In this document: piece by piece, positions 28,678 to 36,350 of the stretch
How positions within the stretch are numbered: the stretch's first letter is position 1
Layout of the letters: every line of letters starts with the position of its first letter
IMG/VR virus record: IMGVR_UViG_3300009111_000006
Origin: a virus
Direction: 5' to 3' (one strand)
Length of the DNA stretch: 57,871 bases
Made by a program: the position numbers and the translations under genes
Notes under the pieces: generated by a model
What the model was told of the DNA's origin: nothing
The model's database searches: none
The model's input: the letters and a program-made list of their open reading frames with translations, nothing else

Positions 28678-29824
28678 GTTTATTCTCCACTTCCGTGATT
28701 CTTTTTCCAATCCAATAGCCTACTGGAACGGCGATGGCGTTACCGAGTTGACGATAGCGAGCGCTATCTGACTGTCCTGATGTCCATCCAGTCGGAAACC
28801 CCTGTAATTTTTCGCATTCTTCAGGAGTAAGCCTACGAACACCAAAGATATGATCGTTTCGTAGAATGGAAAGTTTTTGATATGCACCATGAGCACTCTT
28901 TCCATCGCCCGTGTGCATAAGCGGTAGAGAAATTCCTTCTCCGTGCGTAAGCCCATCACGATTTGCATCAAAAATAAGCGGCTGGGCAGGATTAGAACGC
29001 AGGCTAATCATATCGGGAGTGCTAATGGAATTGTTTTGCTCGACGATCCCAATCAGGTGCCCGCTCTCGGCGGCTTGCTGTGTTGTCATGGCGTGTCCGT
29101 GCCGCTTTGAGTGCGCAGCAAGAGTTCCGACTATGTAGGTTTCTCTGCTTGGATCATACCTGCCGCTTCTTGAAGAGCTTGCTGTAATTGCGTGGGTAAT
29201 GCTCGTCCCCGGTTTTTTGCTCTCTTGAGTATCCCCTGCGCCGCTTTCGGACTCAAATAAAACTTCTGCGGAACGTCCGTCTCCAGAATGTCCCACAATG
29301 AAGACTCTGCGACGGCGCTGGGGCACTCCGAAAAACTGAGCGTCAAGCACCCGCCAGGAGATTTTATATTTTGGTCCCCATGCGAGGCCTGCGCTTTTCC
29401 AGCCTCCGACAGGGATTTCCGGTACGCATCCGGTAAGGACGCCAATAACGATTGCAAAGTCTTTCCCGTCATTGGACGACAGTAAACCGGGGACATTCTC
29501 TGCAACGAACCAGTCCGGGATAAACTCGTCAATAGTTCTTGCAAATTCGTAGAACAATCCTGATCGCTCTCCAGCAAGACCTTCCCTTTTTCCGGCAATG
29601 GACAAGTCCTGGCAGGGAAATCCGCCGACGAAAACATCGGCATAGGTAATGGTTTCTTTGTTCGCATTGCGAATATCTCCTATGTTTTTCACTTGCGGCC
29701 AGTATCGTTTCAAAACAGAAGATGCCTGGCTGTCCTTTTCGCACTGGAACAAGGGTGTCATTCCAGCGTTTTCAAAAGCCAAATCAAAACCGCCAATTCC
29801 TGAAAAGAAGCTGTTGAATGTCAT
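28667..29824 (-). CDS. DNA (cytosine-5)-methyltransferase
   Basis: FFSGIGGFDLAF (motif I), GGFPCQDLSIAGKREG (IV), ENVPGLLS (VI), QLGNAIAVPV (X). ATGA coupling at 29824. Confidence 0.9.
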   Translation of the reverse strand: MTFNSFFSGIGGFDLAFENAGMTPLFQCEKDSQASSVLKRYWPQVKNIGDIRNANKETITYADVFVGGFPCQDLSIAGKREGLAGERSGLFYEFARTIDEFIPDWFVAENVPGLLSSNDGKDFAIVIGVLTGCVPEIPVGGWKSAGLAWGPKYKISWRVLDAQFFGVPQRRRRVFIVGHSGDGRSAEVLFESESGAGDTQESKKPGTSITHAITASSSRSGRYDPSRETYIVGTLAAHSKRHGHAMTTQQAAESGHLIGIVEQNNSISTPDMISLRSNPAQPLIFDANRDGLTHGEGISLPLMHTGDGKSAHGAYQKLSILRNDHIFGVRRLTPEECEKLQGFPTGWTSGQSDSARYRQLGNAIAVPVGYWIGKRITEVENKHAA

Positions 29825-30132
29825 TTCTCGCATGACAAAATCTCCCCCAGTAGCTTTATCTGGGCATCCATGATGTTCATGATTTTTGAGATCAGCATCC
29901 ATGTTCGTGCAATGTGCTTATGCAGGGCGAGCGGAGTGCTGCTATCAACAACTTCCATGTGCTTGGCAAGTTCTTCCTGCGTGATTTCCAGGCAGGTGAC
30001 ATGAAAGTTGTACAATGCGCGTTCGTGGGTATCTTCCCAGCGAAAGTGGCATTTCTTGCATTCGACGGTGCCATTTGAAACGACAGGCCCGTTGCAATAA
30101 GGACATGGAAGAGCGATGGTTTTAGCCAACAT
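29821..30132 (-). CDS. Zinc-ribbon protein (103 aa)
   Basis: CPYC...CKKC. Confidence 0.5.
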   Translation of the reverse strand: MLAKTIALPCPYCNGPVVSNGTVECKKCHFRWEDTHERALYNFHVTCLEITQEELAKHMEVVDSSTPLALHKHIARTWMLISKIMNIMDAQIKLLGEILSCEK

Positions 30133-31174
30133 TTTCGTAGTCCGCTTTCATCCAGGCGGGCAGTTCTGTGTTTGCATCCTGAGACGCCTGGATTTCGATG
30201 GCCTTATTCTCTCGGGAAAGACGTGCTGTTTTTTGCCCAATCACCCAATGGGTAAGGCTGCGGGGGGATGAAATCCAACTGACTTTTCCTTCGGACTTGA
30301 TGACTTCCATGGCCTTGACAACATCCACTGGTTGGCAGCGCTGCGCCATCCAATCTTCAAAAGTGGATACCCATTCGTGGAAGTTCCGCTTGGTGTATTC
30401 CAGACCAGTGGCTCCACAGACTGCTTTCCCAAACGAGTGATAAATCTCAGGAAGCTTTGTCCATGAACGGCCAGCGGCAAGCTGGTTTTGCTTCAGCAAG
30501 AAAGCGAGTTCTTTGTCGGATGCTTCGATGATTGATTTCAGTTCGCTCTCAGAGAGTGTGTTTCCCTGTGTTTCAGTGGGTTTTGTGTTTACGTCCGACG
30601 ATACCCCTGGTATTACGTGGGACGTAAGGCTGGTATTACGTGGGACGTAAGGCTTCTCTTTTTTAGGTGTTACGTCCGACGTAATACTTCTTTTTTGAAT
30701 ACTTGCTGATGTAGCTTTTTTTGTGCGATATTTCGCGATTTTTTTGCGATCTTCCAGCCGCTTTTCAAGTCCATCCATATCGATGGCGCTTTCTTGATCC
30801 TGCAACCAGTATTCTTGGCCGTTTACGAAATCTGGTTTATCCGTAGTCGGAACGAGTACCTTATAGGTCTCGAGTCCATCAAGAGCCTTTCTCACGGCCT
30901 GGATACCTAACCCGCAACCCCTGGAAAGGATAGAGCCGTCTTTCTTTGATACGATCCCATCGGTAAATTGCGACAGGCTAATCTTATCCTTTCGGCTGAT
31001 GATGTTGTCCTGAAATCCCAAAATTCTGCGGATTGCATAAAACAAAACCGTATTTTCTTCTGGGGTTAGATAGGACATTAGATTATCTACAAAGTAATTC
31101 GGGCACTGGAAAGAATTCGGGATGATTGAATTTCCACCCGCGCTATACCTTGCCCGCAAATCTTTCACTTCCAT
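30122..31174 (-). CDS. Replication initiator, lambda O-like
   Basis: N-terminal NSFQCPNYFVDNLMSYLTPEENTVLFYAIRRILGF (Phage_rep_O-like winged helix). Iterons lie inside the linker-coding part. AGGAGG RBS. Confidence 0.7.
   Translation of the reverse strand: MEVKDLRARYSAGGNSIIPNSFQCPNYFVDNLMSYLTPEENTVLFYAIRRILGFQDNIISRKDKISLSQFTDGIVSKKDGSILSRGCGLGIQAVRKALDGLETYKVLVPTTDKPDFVNGQEYWLQDQESAIDMDGLEKRLEDRKKIAKYRTKKATSASIQKRSITSDVTPKKEKPYVPRNTSLTSHVIPGVSSDVNTKPTETQGNTLSESELKSIIEASDKELAFLLKQNQLAAGRSWTKLPEIYHSFGKAVCGATGLEYTKRNFHEWVSTFEDWMAQRCQPVDVVKAMEVIKSEGKVSWISSPRSLTHWVIGQKTARLSRENKAIEIQASQDANTELPAWMKADYENVG
30589..30750. other. Candidate replication origin: four dyad boxes TTACGT-N3-ACGTAA plus a flanking A+T-rich tract
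   Basis: Boxes start at 30589, 30613, 30636 and 30670. The middle two belong to a perfect 23-bp tandem repeat (30608..30653). T-runs at about 30690..30745. Confidence 0.65.
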
Positions 31175-31197
31175 TTCTACCTCCTAAACAAAAACTC

Positions 31198-31264
31198 CTT
31201 TTGTCTGTGCTTCGTGCCTTGTGGCGATCCCAGAGCAGGGGGAAGGCAACGAGGCACAGACAAA
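31198..31264 (-). terminator. Long imperfect hairpin (about 20 bp) followed by a U-rich run, just upstream of the initiator RBS. Terminator or attenuator.
   Basis: 31198..31217 pairs with 31244..31264. The - strand RNA continues AAAGGAGUUUUUGUUUAGGAGG. Confidence 0.5.
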
Positions 31265-31317
31265 AAGAGTCCGTCTGCCCTAATCGTATTTTGGCCGCCA
31301 CAGCCATTGAAATTATT

Positions 31318-31683
31318 CTATAACGGGTCTTCTTCTTTGTCAACAGGCTTTTCCGGCTCAGTTCCCGGAGCGTATCGGAAGCCCACATCGACATAGGTAA
31401 AATTGCAGTCTGGGTCACGCGTGGTAATCTGCGCATTCATGTCGATGTCAAGCGTCACGATTTGTGCGCCCTGATCTTTGATGCGGCGGGCGAAGACTTC
31501 CAATGCGCGTGCGCGGCAGGTTTCACGCTTTCCGCGATACTCAGGCAGCGGGCCGACGTACAGCGCACCTGCGTATTTATTGAGTTCTTCGACGATGTCG
31601 CCGAACTTGATTTTCCCAAAATGTTCGTTCATGTACTTACGAGCTTCTTCAAACGTTTGTGGGGGTTTGATTTTTTCGTTCAT
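31318..31683 (-). CDS. Hypothetical protein (121 aa)
   Basis: GGAG RBS. Confidence 0.5.
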   Translation of the reverse strand: MNEKIKPPQTFEEARKYMNEHFGKIKFGDIVEELNKYAGALYVGPLPEYRGKRETCRARALEVFARRIKDQGAQIVTLDIDMNAQITTRDPDCNFTYVDVGFRYAPGTEPEKPVDKEEDPL

Positions 31684-31687
31684 GTTT

Positions 31688-32134
31688 TTACTCCATCCAG
31701 GCGGATAAATCTTTCTTCATGTAGACCCGGGGTTCTTTTTTGACAGTCGCAACGGAAGCGGGAATCTTTCCTGACAATGCAACCTGTTCAAACACTTCCA
31801 CGTCCAACTTGAGAGACAGTGCCATGGGCATGTTCTTTTGGCACCATTCGATGGCTTGCGCCTGATCGTACACAACGACATCGAATTCTTTGATCTCCCA
31901 CGGCAAGCCACCCGGCTTCTTTTCCTTCGTGGTATCGAACAGGGAGAGAGCACGCTTTTGGACTTCGTCTGTCAATAAGGCAGCGTCTTCGGCGTACTTT
32001 TTCTGTGCAGCTTCGAATGATTTGTATTCGTCCGTAGCCTTTACAGCGGCGAGCATCTCTTTCAGCTTCGCCGCCACGAGATCGGCGTTGTGCTTGGCGA
32101 TGGCCAAAGCCTTTATTTGCTGAGAAATCTCCAT
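31688..32134 (-). CDS. Coiled-coil protein, tentatively Gp157/Gam-like
   Basis: Start at MEISQQ overlaps the upstream stop (TAATG). The family call is from memory only. Confidence 0.4.
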   Translation of the reverse strand: MEISQQIKALAIAKHNADLVAAKLKEMLAAVKATDEYKSFEAAQKKYAEDAALLTDEVQKRALSLFDTTKEKKPGGLPWEIKEFDVVVYDQAQAIEWCQKNMPMALSLKLDVEVFEQVALSGKIPASVATVKKEPRVYMKKDLSAWME

Positions 32135-32454
32135 TACTTTTTCTCCATTTCTTTTTGAACACATTCGATTTTGTCCCATCCAGTGACAAGGCGGATCGCC
32201 CTGGCGACATTGAAGGGGCGTTCTTCAATAATGCCGAGTAACTCCATGTTCTCCAAGTAGTAGCCGATAACGCTGGATGACACGTTGAAGCGTGCGGCCA
32301 TCTCACGCAGGGAAGGGGTGAAGCCGTGTTCTTTCTGGAAGCCCTCGATGAATTTCGCGAGTACCACCAGCTTTCCAATCTTTCGGAACACAGGCCTCGG
32401 GCGGCTTGTATCAGAGCGGGAGTTTAGGTATGAGAATTGCACTTTCGCCTCCAT
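32134..32454 (-). CDS. Winged-helix DNA-binding protein resembling the LexA N-terminal domain
   Basis: GFTPSLREMAARFNVSSSVIGYYLENMELLGIIE. Confidence 0.55.
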   Translation of the reverse strand: MEAKVQFSYLNSRSDTSRPRPVFRKIGKLVVLAKFIEGFQKEHGFTPSLREMAARFNVSSSVIGYYLENMELLGIIEERPFNVARAIRLVTGWDKIECVQKEMEKK

Positions 32455-32626
32455 TCAGGATTTCTTCTGCATCGATAATAACAACATAATGCCGTGTCGG
32501 GATGGTGGTCATGTTCTTACCGTTATCTCCACCAGTAGGGGCATAAGAAGCATTTTGCCCGCTTTTGCGCAGTTCGCGAATGCGTTCGAGAGCATCATCC
32601 AGTGACGTAGCAAGGATTCGGGTCAT
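32411..32626 (-). CDS. Hypothetical protein (up to 71 aa)
   Basis: ORF only. It overlaps both neighbours. Confidence 0.3.
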   Translation of the reverse strand: MTRILATSLDDALERIRELRKSGQNASYAPTGGDNGKNMTTIPTRHYVVIIDAEEILNGGESAILIPKLPL

Positions 32627-32921
32627 TCGCTTTCTCCAGTACCATGTTATTCATGGCAGTTTTTGGATTACAAATCGGGCAAAAGTAAGATGGTTTATGA
32701 CAGTTTTTCAATCGGCGTTCGAAGTCTCTTCCGGCACCCTTCCAGGTTCTTACGACTTTCCAGGTGATACCGGCCTCGGTGACGTGCTTCATGATGACCG
32801 CTCCGCTGCCATTCTTGTGGTGACGCATCCTAAAACTCAGGTTGCTATCTTTTTCGACAAACCCAATGTAGTGCTGGGCGTGAGAAAACTTTTCATCGAA
32901 GTGGATAAGGTAGACTGTCAT
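32595..32921 (-). CDS. GIY-YIG-like nuclease domain protein
   Basis: VYLIHFDEKFSHAQHYIGF ... R..HH..G.... Confidence 0.5.
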   Translation of the reverse strand: MTVYLIHFDEKFSHAQHYIGFVEKDSNLSFRMRHHKNGSGAVIMKHVTEAGITWKVVRTWKGAGRDFERRLKNCHKPSYFCPICNPKTAMNNMVLEKANDPNPCYVTG

Positions 32922-32967
32922 TGTATCTCCTGTTAGCATTATAGAACATCGTTTCTATCAAACCAAT

Positions 32968-33027
32968 ATGACAAATGTCACTTCTTTTCGGTGCGGATGT
33001 AATTCCGATACGAATCGGGAGTATAAT
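32968..33027 (+). promoter_or_regulatory. Divergent control region: RTGAC-N4-GTCAY box, a TTCCGAT/ATCGGGA hairpin, and TATAAT
   Basis: Box at 32968..32981, hairpin at 33003..33020, TATAAT at 33022..33027. Confidence 0.5.
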
Positions 33028-33068
33028 TTTTATGTCGAATTCGATTTTCTGTTCATGTGGAGGCACAA

Positions 33069-33524
33069 ATGAAACGCTTTTTTATGGTTCTCGCCGTTGT
33101 ATTGGTCCTGACCGCGTTGCTGGTTACTCCTGCGCTGGCCATGTCTGCGCAGCAGGCGGGCGAGCCTGACATCATCGATGTCCTGGTTCAGCTTTCGGTT
33201 GGGTTTGGTACCCTGGTTGGCACAGGGGCATTGATCAGCGCATTGGTTGGGATATTGAAATTGATCCCCAATCTGATCACGGATGGCAATTCCGGGCGCT
33301 GGTATGCCGGTCTGTCTTTGGTCGCTTTCGTTGCTCTCGGTTATTTCCAGGTCTTCAAGCCTGACATCGGACTTGACTTCCTTGACCAAAAAGCTGCGCA
33401 GGTCGCCACGTTGTTAATTTTCGTAAGTGGTTTTCTCGGGCAACTGTTGAGCGGTTTCGGCTGGTATAAGCTGTTCAAGAACTTGAACTTGCCTATCCTG
33501 GGAACGTCTTATTCGAAAAAGTAA
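33069..33524 (+). CDS. Membrane protein with a signal/anchor and two or three helices (holin-like candidate)
   Basis: GGAGG RBS. It is a stand-alone + strand gene between a promoter and a strong terminator. Confidence 0.5.
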   Translation: MKRFFMVLAVVLVLTALLVTPALAMSAQQAGEPDIIDVLVQLSVGFGTLVGTGALISALVGILKLIPNLITDGNSGRWYAGLSLVAFVALGYFQVFKPDIGLDFLDQKAAQVATLLIFVSGFLGQLLSGFGWYKLFKNLNLPILGTSYSKK

Positions 33525-33535
33525 CCTACGAAAAT

Positions 33536-33570
33536 AAAAAGTCCCCTGAGAAATCAGGGGACTTTTTTAT
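33536..33570. terminator. Bidirectional intrinsic terminator
   Basis: AAAAAGTCCCCTGA-gaaa-TCAGGGGACTTTTTTATT. Confidence 0.85.
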
Positions 33571-33590
33571 TGTTTTCCTAACGGCAAGCA

Positions 33591-33791
33591 TTACCGGCAG
33601 GTTTCCGGAGTGCCTTCGGACTGATTGCTATCAGTGGCAACTTGTCCGGTGGATGCAATGTTGGGTGCCGGTGGCGCGAGAGACCGCTTATTGCACTCAA
33701 CGTGCGCCCTTCGTGGATTGAAGTCTAAAAAAACTAAATCCCACGCTTCGCCAACTACTTCTTTTTCGCAAAACGGACAGATGTAAGTCAT
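33591..33791 (-). CDS. Zinc-ribbon protein (66 aa)
   Basis: CPFC...HVEC. AGGAG RBS. Confidence 0.45.
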   Translation of the reverse strand: MTYICPFCEKEVVGEAWDLVFLDFNPRRAHVECNKRSLAPPAPNIASTGQVATDSNQSEGTPETCR

Positions 33792-33838
33792 TTTTCTCCT
33801 TGTGCGCCTAACTATGATTTGAACGGAATGTACATCAG

Positions 33839-34336
33839 TTATTGCTTTTTTTTGAATTCTGTCGCGGCATCACGGCAGGCGAGATCGCACCATTTATTCC
33901 ACTCACTGACGATCGTGCCGCTTTTACCGACTCCGGCAGCGAGTTCATCGCGAGTGGGATGTCCTTGCACCAGAACAAACTTGATTTTATTCCAGTTTTT
34001 CAGGCGCATGGCCTGGGAGCGGTAAAGTTCAACCATCCACGGGGGGATGTTTTTCCATCGCCATCCATCGCGCAGTCGTCCAAGCGTCACGGCGCTGTCA
34101 GAAAAGACGGTGCCGCACCAATCGGCGGGCTGGGCTTGCAGGGCATAGAGCACGGCGAGCATCTCGGTGATGTTGTTCGTGACTTCCTTGTGGGGGATGC
34201 CAACGCTGGCAGGGGTAACGCAACCATTGAAACCGCGCACAAATTCGCCATTGTTCACTTCGCACCAGGCCCAGGTGCCGCCCTCGGTGCTGGGGTTACG
34301 TCCGATCACCCCTCCATCTGCATAAAGGTCTGTCAT
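33839..34336 (-). CDS. Ribonuclease H (RNase HI-like)
   Basis: YADGG...TNNITEMLAVLYAL...FSDS pattern. ATGA coupling. Confidence 0.75.
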   Translation of the reverse strand: MTDLYADGGVIGRNPSTEGGTWAWCEVNNGEFVRGFNGCVTPASVGIPHKEVTNNITEMLAVLYALQAQPADWCGTVFSDSAVTLGRLRDGWRWKNIPPWMVELYRSQAMRLKNWNKIKFVLVQGHPTRDELAAGVGKSGTIVSEWNKWCDLACRDAATEFKKKQ

Positions 34337-34782
34337 GATGATTTCTCCCAGTATTCGGCGGGACCGGATACGATTTCAAACAGGGGGTGCGGCTGGATGT
34401 ATTCAGCAACAAAAAGTTCCATCCATCGTTCGGATTGCTTGCGCTTGTCAAGCTGGATTAGAAGCAGTTTCGCTTCCGCGGCGATCTGTCCATCGGTTAC
34501 TCGTAGGCGCAGACCGGGGGTGAATTGGGGGAGCTTTGCACGCCCAAAATCGTTGTTGCGTCTCTCGGATTCGTCACACAGACCATGGAGATAGTTGGCG
34601 ATGAGTTGAAGGGGGGATATGTCTCCACGATTGAATGGTGTCAAGCACAGATGATGGCGCGGAGATAAATCAAGAAAATCTTTCTCTTCTTTGATGATGT
34701 CCAGGGCTTGCAGGGAGTCTGCCCAGCAGATTTGCAGGGCACGTTTGTCCAGGTAACTGGGGTGCAGTGACCATAGTCTCAT
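34333..34782 (-). CDS. Pyrimidine-dimer DNA glycosylase family protein (DenV-like)
   Basis: MRLWSLHPSYLDKRALQICWADSLQA is the typical N-terminus, so the start is set at that Met. Confidence 0.65.
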   Translation of the reverse strand: MRLWSLHPSYLDKRALQICWADSLQALDIIKEEKDFLDLSPRHHLCLTPFNRGDISPLQLIANYLHGLCDESERRNNDFGRAKLPQFTPGLRLRVTDGQIAAEAKLLLIQLDKRKQSERWMELFVAEYIQPHPLFEIVSGPAEYWEKSS

Positions 34783-34876
34783 TTCTTTATGCCTTTCAGC
34801 CAAATTACAAGCCACATCAATAAGGATGTGAACTTGCGGACAGGGCGGGGAGCACCCGAGAGAATAATTTTCTCCA

Positions 34877-35122
34877 TCATAAATGCACCTTGTGGTTATG
34901 AACGGATACCGCCATGTACAGGGGGGTAGGATCACCGGGGAATGTCTGCATCGAGACCTGGTTATCTGTTACCATTTCGGCCAGGATGTCTTTGAGAATG
35001 GCGGGGTGAGTCTTCATGTCCTTGGCGATCACCTTTGCATCCTCGAGCGGGTGCCAGACGATGTATTCATAAATCCGTTGCTTGAGATTTTTTCTAATTG
35101 CTTGTTCTGCTTGATCATCCAT
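34877..35122 (-). CDS. Small putative winged-helix regulator (81 aa)
   Basis: GGAGG RBS. It is divergent from the RHH gene. Confidence 0.4.
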   Translation of the reverse strand: MDDQAEQAIRKNLKQRIYEYIVWHPLEDAKVIAKDMKTHPAILKDILAEMVTDNQVSMQTFPGDPTPLYMAVSVHNHKVHL

Positions 35123-35167
35123 AGTAGCCTCCATAATAATTTTAGCGATTTTAGGTTGCTAATGAAA

Positions 35168-35237
35168 GTGACAAATGTAATGGTTTAGGCAAGATAAAAT
35201 CCTACGTATTGACTTTTTTATTCTCGGGGGGTATTAT
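35168..35237 (+). promoter_or_regulatory. Box variant plus a near-consensus promoter (TTGACT, 17-nt spacer, TATTAT) firing a leaderless gene
   Basis: Box at 35168..35181, -35 at 35209..35214, -10 at 35232..35237, ATG at 35244. Confidence 0.6.
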
Positions 35238-35243
35238 TTCTGT

Positions 35244-35483
35244 ATGCCAAAACGTAATAAAGATTTTCCATCGAGGTTGGATATAAGCGTGCCTCCAGAG
35301 ATGCGTCTGCAACTGATCGCCATCGGTTACTACCGGGGGATCGGCGGGGAGTATGCGACTCCAGCCCGCAATATGCTCGACAAGGGGATCGCCGAATTCT
35401 TTCAGGGACTTTCATCGGTAGAGCGCTCCCGCTTTGATGAAATTCTTGCGAGTGTCAAGATTAGGGAGGTAGGCTTGCCATGA
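35244..35483 (+). CDS. Ribbon-helix-helix (Arc/CopG-like) DNA-binding protein
   Basis: RLDISVPPEMRLQLIAIGYY is a beta-strand-helix start. No SD; the ATG lies 6 nt after the -10. Confidence 0.5.
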   Translation: MPKRNKDFPSRLDISVPPEMRLQLIAIGYYRGIGGEYATPARNMLDKGIAEFFQGLSSVERSRFDEILASVKIREVGLP

Positions 35484-35725
35484 TGAACGCTTTCCGATTC
35501 GTATCGGTAATTTATGCCGACTTGCGCAAGGCGCTGCAAAGTAAATTCGTGCGCACTGCCTTGTTGCGTGCTTACTCTCGCAGGCTGGCCGCAGGGATGT
35601 CTTATGTCTGCATTGTACTTGGGGTGATTTTGTTTATTTTCCAGCCTGGTAACGCGGCATTGTTCTTTGCTATGGCAGCGCTTTTCAGAATGCAATTTCA
35701 TCGGATGGACAGGTGGATGTTATGA
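35480..35725 (+). CDS. Small membrane protein (81 aa)
   Basis: ATGA coupling. Helix VCIVLGVILFIFQPGNAALFFAMAALF. Confidence 0.5.
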   Translation: MMNAFRFVSVIYADLRKALQSKFVRTALLRAYSRRLAAGMSYVCIVLGVILFIFQPGNAALFFAMAALFRMQFHRMDRWML

Positions 35726-35946
35726 GACTGAGTACATTTGTGGGCGCTGTGAACTGGACGAGTGCAATCATCTTGTTGTGGTTGATGGTGCTCGGGTCTG
35801 TGGAAAATTCCACCACCACCTGGTTTGCTTTCTGGTTCTTTGTGGTGATGGGTCTCTTGTCTGGCGCGGCCTCGCTCTATGATCCCGATGCGTATCGGAA
35901 ACGCAAGCAGGAGAAAATGCAGGACAGGCACGACATAGGGACATGA
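35722..35946 (+). CDS. Small membrane protein (74 aa)
   Basis: ATGA coupling and AGGTGGA RBS. Two hydrophobic helices. Confidence 0.5.
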   Translation: MRLSTFVGAVNWTSAIILLWLMVLGSVENSTTTWFAFWFFVVMGLLSGAASLYDPDAYRKRKQEKMQDRHDIGT

Positions 35947-35948
35947 GA

Positions 35949-35976
35949 AAAACTCCCCGGTTATCCGGGGAGTTTT
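35949..35976. terminator. Bidirectional intrinsic terminator
   Basis: AAAACTCCCCGG-ttat-CCGGGGAGTTTT. Confidence 0.85.
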
Positions 35977-35977
35977 A

Positions 35978-36334
35978 TTATCCGTAGTTCTGGGGAGTGA
36001 AGTCATCGGCAGCGGTGCGGATACCCAGTTCCGCTTCGAGCTTCCTGATTTTGAGTTCCAGCAGGCGGATTTCTTCAACCTGTTTTGACTGGCGGATCAC
36101 GGCGTTCTCGGTGTTGGCCTGGGTCATCTGGTAGCGATAGATCACACCCTGAGTCTGGTGCAGGACTTGCTGTTTGCGGAGGGCGATCATTTCCTCGTCA
36201 GCTTTGAGCTGGGCACGGCGGGCTTTCATTTCGGCGGCTTCGGCCTGGGCCTTGCGCACCTGGGAGAGATTGACGCAACCAAGGATTGCATTCGTGATAG
36301 CAACAAAGGTATGAACACGTTTTTTGGTAGCCAT
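35978..36334 (-). CDS. Coiled-coil protein (118 aa)
   Basis: AAAGGAATAAT RBS before MATKKRV. Confidence 0.5.
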   Translation of the reverse strand: MATKKRVHTFVAITNAILGCVNLSQVRKAQAEAAEMKARRAQLKADEEMIALRKQQVLHQTQGVIYRYQMTQANTENAVIRQSKQVEEIRLLELKIRKLEAELGIRTAADDFTPQNYG

Positions 36335-36350
36335 GGGATTATTCCTTTCT

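Noticed and set aside
33842-34594. 250-aa ORF on the + strand
   Set aside because: It is antisense to the RNase H and DenV-like genes, which have recognisable catalytic motifs.
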